Shown piece after piece: positions 13,300 through 25,900 of a DNA stretch of 64,000 nucleotides. Within the stretch, counting starts at the first letter, position 1. The number at the start of each line of letters is the position of its first letter. The position numbers and the translations under genes are program-made. The notes beneath the pieces are model-generated. The model made no database searches, had not been told where the DNA came from, and was given only the letters and a program-made list of their open reading frames with translations. This stretch comes from Camelus ferus (lineage: Eukaryota), in the NCBI RefSeq assembly GCF_009834535.1, contig NC_045696.1, positions 14,634,001-14,698,000 on the forward strand, read 5' to 3'.

Positions 13300-14422
13300 T
13301 GTCAACTGAAATCAATGCACAGCCTAAAAGTCAAGAGTTATGTTTTATTTGGTGGACATTTCTGAGGACTTGAACCCCTTCTGAGACAGGAGGGAAGAGG
13401 GCAGGGCACAGCCACTCAAGGAATGACAGCAACTTAACACCAAAATGGTAGAAGATTCATCTCCTACTTGGCCTTGAGGATTAAGAGGTTTAACTTCTAG
13501 TAGAACTTAAGCTTCATTATATGCTCATTGTAAAAGCGTGATCAAATAACACGCCCACAGGCGCCATGACAGCCCCAAGGCCAAAGAATGGGCGGTGGTC
13601 CAATCCCTGGGAATCCCAGCCCCTTCCCCAGGGCAGTTGGATTGATCCCACCTGTAGGCGTGTGAAGCTACTGAGCCCATAAAAAGTGACACCACCACGC
13701 CTAGGGGCCTTTGTGCTCTCTCCCCTCTTTGGAGACAGCCCGCACTCTGTCTGTGGAGCGTGTACCTACTTTTACTTTAACCTGAGCACCCGAATTCCCA
13801 CACCTTTTTCCTTGCCTTTCTCTTGCCTTACACTCTATGCAGTATGTATCTCTCTAAATAAATCTACCTTTACTCAACAGTGGCTCACAATCGAATTCTT
13901 TCCTGCGCGAAGCCAAGGACCCACACTTGGCGGGGCACGTCCCAGGGGCTCAGCCAAGACCTAGGACTCCTCACCCCTCACATCTGTTTTGCTGCACCAC
14001 TTCGAGCCCGGGATAACAGCCTCTCTCAGAAGGCTCTGAGGGACTGCTCCGAAGAGGTAGGAGAGGAGCCAGGTTATATAGGAGCTTTACAACAAAGACC
14101 AGGTAATTGGAACATTAAAAGATTACTTGTTAACTAAAGAAAAAACAGGCATTTGAGGTTAAAGAATTTAGTGCTTTTAAATGTATGGGAGGAAGCAAAC
14201 ATTTGGGCTCATTGAATTCATTCCTTTGACAAGCACCTAGCTCTCTAGGGCCAGTATCCTGTCCTTTCTTATTCTGAGTCCCCTCAGGGTGCACCATTGT
14301 GAGTGGCTGCAGAAGCCGAGCTGCAGGCTTGTCTTCACTGGGGGCTGGCGGCAGCCGCTGATGACTTGATGGTTTCAGCGTTCTTTGTTTACTGATATGG
14401 TTTGCAGTACTTTTCATTCACA
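13300..14422 (-). mobile_element. ERV1-type solo LTR, copy B (same family as A; interrupted by LTR D)
   Basis: Minus strand reads TGTGAATG...GTTGACA; perfect AGGC TSD (13296-13299 and 14423-14426); minus-strand TATATAA near 14077 and AATAAA at 13344-13349. Confidence 0.92.
13382..13999 (+). mobile_element. ERV1-type solo LTR D, nested in copy B
   Basis: TGAGACAGG...GCACCA termini; perfect CTTC TSD (13378-13381 and 14000-14003); CATAAAAA near 13678 and AATAAA at 13857-13862; several CpGs retained. Confidence 0.92.
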
Positions 14423-14999
14423 AGGCTATTCTTAAAACTCTGGGATATTAAGAAAAAGAAATATGGAAGCATAATAGCAGAGAAAGGCATTATATTGAAT
14501 AGTATATTCATTGGAATTTAGCAACGACACTTGAATAATTTCTGTTTAGTGACTTAGTTGAGTTAAACCAAGCTAAACTTTCCCCAATCTTATTTTCATG
14601 ACAATGCCATTCTTAAGTGAAGTATTACAGCATTTGACTGAATAAATCCTATGTTAATGGTGAACCCACTGAGGAAAAAAGAACCACACAGACCTTAACA
14701 AATCATAAATTTTACATATTTGCTTTGTTTTGCCTTGTTTTCACAAACATATTGATTGTACTTGATACAGCTTGGAACACCGTCTGGGTAATGTTCAGCT
14801 AACATTGCCTGGAAAAACACAGGGGATGAAAAATAGCATACAAAGATGTCCAAGGGTTAAATCAGAATTCCTACAAATTACAAGACATTTTTGCAAAAGG
14901 CTACTGTGAAAAAATAAATTGTAAGCAAATGTTTTTGATGACTTTCCAGAATGTCAATTTACATTTCTTAAATAAAAACCAAGAGCAAAGGCATTGTTT

Positions 15000-15118
15000 C
15001 TTCCTTTCTTCTTTCCTATACTTCCTGACTGGTTCTCCTGGGAGAAGTTTCTTAGTAAAATCACTTGTTCTCAAATCCTAAGCTCAGGGTCTACTTCTGA
15101 GAGATCTTGACCTAAGAT
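15000..15118 (+). mobile_element. LTR16-like (ERVL) 3' fragment
   Basis: ctggttctcctgggagaagtttcttagtaaaatcacttg...aatcctaagctcagggtctacttctgagagatcttgacctaaga resembles the recalled LTR16 3' end. Confidence 0.65.
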
Positions 15119-18100
15119 GGCCTCAGAAATGTTTATAACCACATTCAACATCTGTTATTTTAAATATTAACCAATCATGTGACAATGATGTTCATAGTAG
15201 TCCTGACTTATCAGGGCAAATGAATTGATGCCATTAAAAAATACTTACTTCCTCAACTCAATTTCTTGATTTAAAATCTTTGCAAGCTACTTTTTTCATA
15301 GTTTGTATTTACTTAATTTGACAAGAGTGTCTTATGTTTAGTCATTTATTTACATATTTAGTTCATTTGCTATGCTTTACAAGGAAAATATATTTCACTA
15401 AATTCCTGTCTTAATTAAACCTCGGATACCATAATCAGATGAAAATCATTAAAAAAGAAAAATTACTTAATGGCAATTTTAACACTATAGCTAATTTTAT
15501 ATGATTGTTGCAAATTACCATAAGATATATATATTTTTCCTATAAGTTTCAAATAAAATATTTTGTACACTAAATAAATTTATACAAAATAAGTGTCTTG
15601 TTTGAATTTGATGAAGCCATACAGTGAATGGTATTGATGTGTTTTATTTAACAAAATTTGTTTTTTCAGTTCAACTTTTTTTTTTGCTTTTATAACCTTA
15701 AGTTTCTAAAACAGATATAACTTTATTAATAGGTGACAACCCATAATCATCAAAGTATTATGTTAAGATATAAGCAATTAAGAAATATTTTGAAATGCTA
15801 GAATTATATATTGTTCAGTTCTATAGAACACAGCTATAAGTTCATGAAACACACAAGTGCTTTGAAATTCAGTGGCAAATGATTTCATTGGTAAATAGTT
15901 TTTGCTTACTTTTTCCCTTCAGAACAGGCTCTAACAAGGTCTATACTCTGAAACTCCCTAAGATCTCTAAAGTCAGCAGTTACTCTTGAAATAGGACATT
16001 TCCTTTGGTGATGACCTCATTTGAAAGGTCAAGGAGTGAATAGGAAATTCTTAGAATGAAATGGCATTGCCAAGAGAAGGAAGAAAATCACTTACTTATT
16101 TTCAAAGGACTCTTTTGTTGGAAGGTCAGATTAGGGTTTTCCATCCTCTGTTTTATTACCTCATAGATTCCTATGCCTCAAGTGTATTTCTCCAGATAAA
16201 TTTGACAAAGAATGACAACAACGGACATCTAATTCAAAGAATCTGAAATAGAATTTTCTTAAATTTATCATGGCTTAATTTATGTACATGTTATATCAAA
16301 TACTCTGGATACTCATCCTCTTAATCTGAAAGAGGGCTTTGGTGGGTTTAGGACACAAATGATAGAACTTCCAGTAGTAAGTAAAAGAAAAAGATGTTTT
16401 GCTATTTTTTTATCTTATTTTTTGCTTCATCTTATCCTAGTCTGGTAGATGACAAATGTCCATAGCAGATGTTAACTATGAATTACTAGATTTGTTAGAA
16501 TACATTTATTAGACTCTATTAGATTAGAATAGAATTATTAGAATAGATTTGTTGAAAACTATACTATTATTTATTCTCCACTTGTCATTTGTCCATTTGT
16601 GACGACAGGGAAGCAGATGATCTAAACGAAACATCATGCATGATGCCTGGAACATGCTAAGTGCTCGGTAGATGTCAGCTTCCTTTGTCCTCTTGCCTTC
16701 TCGTCTGTGAAGGAGAACTGTTAAATCACGGTACTTGTGGGGCATGAGACTATTTCTTTCTAGGATTAAGGGTTTGGGGAAAGCTTAGGCAGATGACTAT
16801 TACTTGCATGCTAATTGAAATGGTAACTTAATTTAGAGTTCAAGATGTAGGGATTTTAGTGTCGAATGTCATGCTGTTACATTTACTTTTAGGCATTTTC
16901 TGAGGCACGGTGTGGCCTAACTTCCCACAAAGCCAGGTGTTTCTTGCTGTAAAGAGCAGACTTGTGTTTATTTTATTGGGTGCATGTGTATTCCACGCAA
17001 ATGTCAAAAACAACTGAGCAACAACTGAGAGCACATCTGCATCTGCCTCTGGTGATGTGCTCGTCTCCCCCCAGGGAGAGTAAGGCGTGTAGGTATTTCA
17101 CAGTGTCTGCTCCTCATGATCATCTGGGGACCCCGGGCTTCTCAGACTCCCTTTTTTAAATTTTTTTGTGATATCCACATTGAAAAAGAAATAACGTTCT
17201 AATGTGTCTTCAAGGATATTTTTCAAAGTGACATCTCATTCAATTGACTCATTTGAAAGGGAAAGTGACATGCCACTTGGTCTGGGTAGGGGGCAAGACA
17301 GAGGAATGTATAGAAATGTATAAAGGGAAAAACAAAAATCACCATTCCAAGAAGAGTCCGTGCAATACAATTGCTTATTCATTAGAAAAGCCATTATTAC
17401 ATGTCAAATACTGTCATTGGGGAGATAAAATCTCCAAGAAATGAGACCTGATTGTTTCTTTAAGGACCTTGCAGAATATCCAGTCTATAGACTGGGAAGT
17501 TGATCTCTAATCTTGTTCCAAGAACCGTATGTTCAATTTCAAATTCCCAGCACAAGGTAGGTGAGAAATAGACATTTTTTGAAAGAATCAATTAAAACAT
17601 TGGACAGGAATACTTTCTTTTTATGTGAAGTGCCATGATTACCATACTGCTAAAGTTAGTCACAGATGGCTGTGCATGGAAGTACTGGGCCATTTTGCCC
17701 TCTACCTGGTTGTACATGCAAATAAAGTGAATGGCTTCTATTTCTGAATACTTTTTACAAGCTCTCTAATAAAAATCACATTTAGAGAAGAAAATGAAGG
17801 CAACAACTAGAATTATAGATTTTACAACTTTGCAATATTCAATTTTCTTTAAACAAACTTTGTTTTGTTAATTTTCTTCAATAAATGAAGCACTTTGCTC
17901 TCTTGAAATAAGCTGTAAGCTAATAAAAGTAGATATTAAATTAATTCAATATGATAAATATCATATAACTATAAATTTATATAATGAAATCAGACAGTTG
18001 ACCTATTGATTATACACTTCCTAAACGTTAAACTATATCAGATGGAATTTAGGCACTCTGTGGCATCATGATAATCTCTCAAACTGGTGGTCACAAATTT

Positions 18101-18234
18101 TAGATTCCCTAGATTTATCAGAAAAGACATACTTGTCTCCTTTTAAGTGTTACTGAGAAATGAAGTTCCATTATATTTTACTGTATATTCGTATTCTGGA
18201 GAATGAAGGATAAAAGGATTCTGTCTGTCATGTT

Positions 18235-18455
18235 GTTTCCAAAGAACTGGAGCTGAACTGGAACTTTATTTCTGCCACCTGCATGTCTTGTGACCTAGAT
18301 CGAATGTCCCACTTTTTTTTCTATTGACAGCCTCACCAGTACAACGTGAATAATAATGGTCATACACTCCTAGAGGGAGTGGTGAGAGGTTTAAATTATA
18401 CAATGTGTAAAATGCAATGTCTAGCATGTAATGCATTCTCTGTGTACATTACTTC
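18235..18455 (+). mobile_element. MIR SINE
   Basis: ttctgccacctgcatgtcttgtgacctag...gaataataatggtcatacactcctagagggagtggtgagaggtttaaatt...atgtgtaaaatgc. Confidence 0.6.
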
Positions 18456-18695
18456 TTTCCCTTCACACTCTGTGAATGGTTTCTACACTCATGCATCATC
18501 TTCTACAAGCATAGTGACTGTGGAGTGGTACCAGGTAAAGTTAAGGCAGGACAGGACAATGAGGAACAGGCATGCACCCTGGTGATGTAATATGATGCTC
18601 CTTGGGGCCACTCCTGTCCCAGCCATCTTCAGTTATCAGAGAAGATCCTGCAGAGCAGTCATGGGAGAGGTTCTTCCTTTCTGGGTCTTACAAGG

Positions 18696-18976
18696 CAGTA
18701 GCTCCCAACACAAGAAATTCTGATTCATCATGTCTGGGCCTGTTCTCAGGAATTTGTATTTTTAAAAAGTTTCTCAACTAACTCTAATTTTTCTTTTTTT
18801 TGTGTGTGGGGGGAGGTAATTAGGTTTGTTTATTTACTTATTGATTGATTGATTTAATGAAAGTACTAGGGATTGAATCTAGGACCTTGTGCCTGCTAAG
18901 TACGTACTCTACCACTGAGCTATAACCTACCCCTTCTCAAAGAAATTCTAATGTGAGCAGCATTTAGTCATCTCTG
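18696..18976. mobile_element. MER5A-like hAT MITE interrupted by a SINE
   Basis: gaaattctgattcatcatgtctgggcc...caggaatttgtatttttaaaaag...ctaatgtgagcagcatttag...ctctg. Confidence 0.6.
18789..18933 (-). mobile_element. tRNA-derived SINE, camelid Vic-1 type
   Basis: Minus strand has an A-box (TAGCTCAGTGG), a B-box-like GATTCAATCCC, an A-rich middle, ...cctaattacctcccccc and an A-tail. Degenerate TSD ttctcaactaactctaat / ttctcaaagaaattctaat. Confidence 0.88.
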
Positions 18977-19849
18977 CTCTATGACATGTATCCAATCTAA
19001 AGGCTATAACTGGTCTTTGCAGAGCAGATTATTAGGTCTTGTTTTGGGAGCTTAACAATAATTACAAGAATAGATTCTTCATTTTGAAAAAGATCCTGAA
19101 TCCATTCTGCTGTCTTGAAGTGAACTGGACTTAATGTGTTTGGTCCTAAACGTCTGTTTTCTAATTTTGTTCTCCAAAGTTACCTTCATTAAAAAAAATA
19201 AAAAAATAAAATAAAAATAAATACAAATAAACAATAGCAAATATTCTGGATGTACCTTACACACAAAAATACCTGGTTCATTAGCAGTTACAGAGTATGA
19301 CCTTCATGTTAAAAATCCTTTACTAAAATATGGATATCATCTGCTGAGAGAATTAAGATGATTATTTCTTTGGAAACTGTCCTGAAGATATAGTTTATTA
19401 CCCTGAGATATATTTTTGCTGCTTCTGGCAGAACATTCCAGTTCCACTTGGTTGTTTAAATTAAATTTTATTTATTATCATTAACTTTCCAGTTAAGAAC
19501 ATTCTGGTTGAAATTGTTCTTATGTGATGGTATCCATCTGCCTCTTCTATTTTGCATTGGAAACTAAGAGAATTGAAATATATTTTGGCTTTAAATTCTG
19601 TCCTTACATTTAATTACAATGAAGTTCACGTTTGATATTAAATCTTTCATTCTCTTTCAAATTCTGAATAATTGTAGTACTCATATTGTCCCTAGAGCAT
19701 CTGGGTCTGTCAATAACATATTACAGTCTGTGTGACTGTCCTACCAGGCAAATAGACTTGTTATAAACATATGTACACATGGGTAGTATCTTGCCAAGGA
19801 TTAATTCTAAGCAGTGGGAAGACTTTTAAACAAAACTCTCACCCTCTTT

Positions 19850-19875
19850 TGTGTGTGTGTGTGTGTGTGTGTGTG
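19850..19875. repeat. (TG)n microsatellite
   Basis: Read directly from the sequence. Confidence 0.97.
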
Positions 19876-20975
19876 CAGAAATATTTACTAACATTGACAA
19901 GTGTTATCTAATTTTAGATGAGTTTACAATTTTAGAAGAAAAATGTGTATCTATATTTAACTATACTAAGTAAACATTATTATTGAGCTGATGAATGAAA
20001 TTCAACTTGTTAAGATGCTCTGTTCCCAGGCAAACAACTAAGTTACATTGATTTGATATTATTACACTAATACTATCTGCCTTTTTAAATTAGGAAACCT
20101 TTTTATTGTAAATTTTGTGAGTTGTGTGAACTAATTGGGGACAGTCTTACCATAGTTTCTATTTTGCTGAGTCCAGAGCACATGTGCCAAACATGTTTTT
20201 CCTCAAAACTTTCACGTGTGTGTCAAATAAAATTTAATCCTTATGTTTTTCATTTATGTTTGTTTACTCTTAAAGTCATCAAAATGTTGTTATGTAAGAG
20301 CTTTTTGAACTCCAAGAGACATTACAGGGCTCCCAAAGTCCCAAGAAAACACTCTGCTGAAATTAAAATATTTAATCTTCTGGATATTCACTTTTCTATC
20401 TTTAATATACATTCAAAGAAACCAAAATAATAGGTTATATTCCCCTTTTTTTCTTTTTGATTGGAATTTCCAATAATTCAAAGTCAACATAAATTTTAAA
20501 TAAATAATTTGAAAACAATGTGGATTGTGACTCACCAGATTTGCAACCTATTACTCTGGCTTCAATATTCTCATGGTTGTAATTCTGAAAATGTGTACAC
20601 AAAACCCATTGTAAAGGAGGATGAAATGTGCACAAATTCATCACAGAGTCTTGGGTAACACAAATACTGAAGACAAGAAGAAAAGGAGGGAGAATCACTC
20701 GTTTTTGAAAGATTTAAAAAAAAACATTGTGGTGGATAATGAGAGCACATAAATTAAGGAAGCTAAGCAGAGATGGCTGAAGCCTCAAGTAATAGAGGAG
20801 GAAACTTCAGTGCAGATGGAGGCCAGTCTTCTTTGACTAAATGTCTCCCAGACTCAAGAAGATTAAAAATATAGAATATCTACAATCGTGAAGATTAATT
20901 GAAGGACTGTGTAAGAAACAATTTCACCATGGTTCTGCTGACCAGGAGGCATCTTTTTTGAGGGCTGGGGGGAAA

Positions 20976-20983
<8 letters not shown>

Positions 20984-21019
<36 letters not shown>
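20984..21019. repeat. (TA)n microsatellite following a poly-A run
   Basis: Read directly from the sequence. Confidence 0.97.
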
Positions 21020-21023
<4 letters not shown>

Positions 21024-21299
21024 TTATTTCCAAGTCTTGTTGGACTACAATTCAGCCCAGCTTGCCTTCTTAGCCAGGTGAATTTGTATCATGAAAAGCA
21101 CATGTCAAACTTGATCTACCTTCATAAAAGTAGCTAGAAATTCAAAGAAAAGAAATAGAGTCATAGTCGTCTCTTCCAAAGAAAGTAAACCAACAAATTG
21201 GAGGATGCTTACAATGGATATGAGTACCACTGATACACATCTTCCTCTTTTAGTTTTAAGATGCTGCACAACCTTAGATTTGCTCTTCAAATTTGTTAT

Positions 21300-21800
21300 T
21301 TAAAAGCAAAACCCATTAATTAGCAGTCCATGTCCTGTCCAGTAAGTACATCTGAGCAGCAAGCCAGAGTTCCCATTTAAGGAAGGACTTGGCAGAAAAC
21401 GTACAATAATATCTATCCAGAAGTGAGCAAAAAAAAAAAAAAAAAAGAATCTTCAACAAAAGATCACAGGGACATAAAGAGCATGAAACAGAAAGACCAA
21501 GATATAGACACAGGACAGTTCATCCAAATTACCCAGAGATAGCTCAGTAAACAAAATAAACTTAAAATAATGGAAGTCAGGGGAGAAATTATTGCTGCCA
21601 AATAATAAGAACAGAATGTCACAAAAGGGATGATCAAAGTAAAAGCTCTTGGAAATTAAATATATAATTGCTAAAATTAAAAAGAAGAACCAATAGATAA
21701 ATATGAAAAAAAAAAGTAGAGAAAATTTTCCCAGGAAAAAGGAGGTAGGGAGGAAAAGTAAATAAGAGAAAGGTTAACTAAGAGACATATCATCAATCTA
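21300..21800 (+). mobile_element. Decayed L1/HAL1 ORF1-region fragment
   Basis: A-rich ORF1-like text: aaagctcttggaaattaaatatataattgctaaaattaaa...aaagtagagaaaattttcccagg. Confidence 0.5.
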
Positions 21801-22015
21801 GGGAGTGTTTTTCAATATTTACTTTTTGGATGAAGTATTCTTTGTTAATTGCTGGACATTTATCACTGATGTTCAGAGGCTTGGGATGGCTGTGGCTGTA
21901 AAAACGTGAAACCTCTCCACATGTTTTCAAACCCGTCCTAGTGGGGAGACTCATCTGATAGCTGACAGATCTAGGAGGCTCATACACAACTTGTATAAGC
22001 TCAAGGGAAGGGCAA

Positions 22016-22062
22016 ACATACACACACATACACACACACACACACACGCACACACAGACACA
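22016..22062. repeat. Imperfect (CA)n microsatellite
   Basis: Read directly; it explains the CVCVCV ORFs on the minus strand. Confidence 0.95.
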
Positions 22063-22399
22063 GAGAGCCTAGAACCAATATCTGCCTGTAGGAATACAGC
22101 CAAGCAGTAATTCTGAAAAACCCTCCTTTTATAAAACACCTGCAAAACCTAGATTAAAATATATGTACAGTTGTATAATTGCATAACTGCTGGTAAGAAC
22201 TTAAAGAAAATTCCTAGGAGCGACACCATAATAAACCAGTTCCAAACACATGGTTGGCCTGAGGGTATTTTCCAATCTCAGGAATAAAAACATTTTGTTA
22301 GATGCAGCAGTAATGTGCTAAATAATATAGTTAATGTATGGGCATAATAACAGTCTTAAGGGCTAGAAGTTTATACAAAACTGTTGGCTCTGAGTATTC

Positions 22400-22775
22400 C
22401 TCCTCTGTCATATGCTAACATCTCCCTTAGAAATGTAACTTTTTCTCAACTATTGCTTGAAATTCCATTATATATATAACAGTTACTGATATATTTGCTT
22501 GATTTATTTGCTTACGAGATTTGTGGATAGAGTTATATGTTAATGTAACACACTCTATGCAATATTTCTTGACTCTTTTTTTGTTTTCTATTCAAAATTC
22601 CTAAGATTCATATCAAGAGATATCAAGAAAAATATCAAGATATCAAGATATTGTCCCTTCACTGAATTTTTACAGTTACGCAGTGCTCTACTATGTGAAC
22701 TATATTTTTTCCTCTACAATGGACATTTAAATTATCATATTGTTGTCATGAACAATGCTGCTATGGACATTCTGT
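22400..22775 (-). mobile_element. Old L1ME-type 3' fragment
   Basis: ttttttctattcaaaattcctaagattcat...ggacatttaaattatc...atgaacaatgctgctatggacattc. Confidence 0.55.
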
Positions 22776-22779
22776 GACT

Positions 22780-22975
22780 TAAAAACCATTGTAAATAATA
22801 TGGCTCTCTTTTCATGAAAAGGTGTGGACTATTTCCTCTAACCTGGATTAGCCTGTGATGCTGTTAACCAATGAAATGTGGATACCTTGTCAGTTTCAGA
22901 TCTATCTGAATTTCAGATCCATTTGAGGATTTAGTTTCAGCCTTGTATCATACAGATCTGAGCTGCAATGTAGTC
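22780..22975 (+). mobile_element. MLT1-type (ERVL-MaLR) LTR fragment
   Basis: catgaaaaggtgtggactatttcctctaacctggattagcctgtgatgctgttaaccaatgaaatgtgg resembles the 5' part of MLT1. Confidence 0.55.
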
Positions 22976-25900
22976 CACATACAGTCACCAAGTAGCTTAT
23001 CTCTACCCCAATACTATACTGTCACTGCTATATAAGAAAACCTAGAAAGTAATTCAACAAATACTTATTAAATGACTGAATTAATATTGCTCTACAATAA
23101 GTTCTGAACTATGAAACACAAGTCCTCTCACCTCACTCTTTCTCAAGAGAACCATGCCTAATTCTGGGTCCCTGATCAGTCATACACATTTTATATTCAA
23201 CTTACTAAGTGACTTAATATACAATGTTGGCTTTTCAATCTTAATTATGGAAACCTCATTATTAATCTTCAACAATCATCAATATTTTAAAATCATATTT
23301 TACATGTTCCATTTTTTTTCCTGAAATATTTTAAAACAAATCTCAAACACCCTTCAATTTTGTTAATACATACTTTAGTATTTATCTCTAAGAAATCCAG
23401 ACTTAGCATAATTTCAATGTTATTATCAAGCAAGATCAAATTAAAACAATTCCTTAATATAATATATACTCCATTTTCAAACTTCCCCAGTTATCTCAAA
23501 AGTATTTTTTTTTTTTGATCATTGAGTAGCTTAATGAGGTCCCAAGCAAGGACTACCCATTGCCTTTGGCTCTTGGGCTTCTCTTTCTTTCTCTTTAAAT
23601 ATAAAAGTCTCTTCTTCCTCCATTAAAAATCATTTTCAGGACCAATTTTTATTTTTATTTTCAATTAATCAAAAGTATTTGGTACACAGAATGTATAAGT
23701 AAATAGAAAGTAATAATGAAATTTCACCCAATAAGTACATTTGTGAGAAGTGTCAAGGTACTGCTCATAATAGTGGTAAATTCTAGGGCTCATTCTCCAG
23801 GACCATAGAAGTGACTGATGTTTTGTCACATGGATATTGTATTTGCTCTCTCATAATTGACATTTCACATGGTTCTCTACCCTCTGATTCCTTCAACTTT
23901 CATTCCTCACCTTCATCTCTTTCCTCTCTAAGGGAGTTCTTTCTGACTCCAGACCGTTTGGGCCATAAATATATTGACAATAGACAACAGTGGCAAATAA
24001 CAACAAAAGCAGCTCTAACTTTCTCCTGCTTACTTCCTGGGATATGTCCCAATCACATACCAGGACTCAAAATATATACTTCTTTCTTCATGTATATTTC
24101 TACTATTTCAGGTTTTATGATAGATATATTAAAACAAGATAGGAATTAACCACCAAATCCTTCCTCTTCAATGAAACAGAAAGAGCAAATTACTCTTTAA
24201 AGGAATGAATTCCAGAACATTCTGTTATTTGTGATGATTTTTATTCATACCAAAGACCTATATCTACTTCAACTAGAATTTGCAGGTTAAAAGACTGATT
24301 ATTCTTCTAACATCTTTGGAATCTGAAAACTACAGTTGACGTGAAATTGTATCATAGGATTGAATATCTTAAATGAACATGCTTTTGAGAACATGTGATG
24401 GGTTTTGATTTTTTTTAAACCATGCTCTTGACCTCAAAAGCCACTTGCTTGTTAGCAACACTGTGAAAAATACTCACAAGCTTATCACCTCTTGGGACTT
24501 CAGGTCACCCTGCACGTGCCCCATCATTCTGTGATGAAATCATTTATTTCTTTTCAATTTGAATAGCATTAATCAGATCAAAATGTTCCCTCTAAAGAAT
24601 TGTCTTCAATTCAAGGAAAGAATTCAAACATTCATTTAAAAAGTCTTTACAATATACCACATTGTAATTCACTTTGCATGACAAAGTGCAAATAACAGAA
24701 ATACTCAAATGCTATTTTGAAAGTCTACACACAGTGAACTAGTTCAGAACCTGATTAGAAATATGTACTTTTTTACTTTTACTATGATAATGCTGACAGT
24801 ATATTTTAAATAGTCCACTATATATGTGTTTAAAAACTAACAAATTATATAACTATTTAATCTTGGCATACTCCTTTGTATTGAGTTGGTTCCTGTGGTT
24901 TTCCATGGTTTGAATGCAAGAACTTTGACTAAGACATCAATATGTGTATTGGTCATAAAGTTTATTATCCTGTTCGTGACATGATGGATATGAAAAGGGT
25001 AGAAAAAGGCTATTCATAATTTTTCAGAATATTAAGCACAAGCCAGGACTACCCTGATTACACTGATACATATGGACATTCTATTTATAAAGGCATTTTA
25101 TAGAGATGTTAATAAATATTCAAAGACTACAAAGTTTCTCCCACTGTTAAACACTTGAGCAGTTTTCCCCCAACAATTCACTTAACTGTCTCTCTCTAAT
25201 AAATATTCTTCTTTTAAAAGGTTTAAAATGTGTTTTTTAAAGTATAATGTTAATTTTTGATTTATTTTGTTAAACTTAGCTTGCCCTGCCTGGAATCACA
25301 AAAATTAAAGTCCATGATGACTAAGAGTAAGGTTCATTCTGGTTTCCTTTTCCTTCTTCTCCAGTGAAAACTATTTCCAGTTTAAGTATTTTACATATAA
25401 GAATTAATGGAAGGAAATATCACTCCCTGACCAGACCATCAACATTCCATATGATAATGTTAAATTACTGTTCCAAGGAGCTAAACAATTGGTGTATTCC
25501 ACATTTTGAAAATTGTTAGCAAGTGTTCAGTATGTAATAATGGAACCTACATTGTTCAAGGCATGGAAGGAATTAGAAATAAAATATCCAGCCCTAACCT
25601 CAATATAATTATAATTTTCCTAAAGTTCAAAGCATGCTTACAGCAACAACAACAGCAATAATAAAGCAATAAGAAGCAGTAAATGGCAATAGAGAAAATA
25701 AACACCAGAAGGGAGTTCACTGGAGGTTGGGATAATCCTGGATCTGAAGACTGGAAGTTGGTCTTAAAGAATTGTAAGATTTAAAATAGAGGACTTTTTT
25801 AAAGCATGGTTAAAGGTCAAAGGTCAAAAACATAAAAGTCACATTTTAAAACATCAGTAAAATATGGTCTTAAAATTACCCAGGCAAGAGTTTTGAATCC

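Noticed and set aside
11940..14422. A and B as the two LTRs of one provirus, or as terminal inverted repeats of one DNA transposon
   Set aside because: Proviral LTRs are direct repeats, whereas these are inverted. Each has its own TSD, and the 304-bp spacer has no PBS or coding remnant.
16096..16241. Minus-strand segment bounded by AG and GTAAGT as a coding exon
   Set aside because: All three frames contain stop codons.
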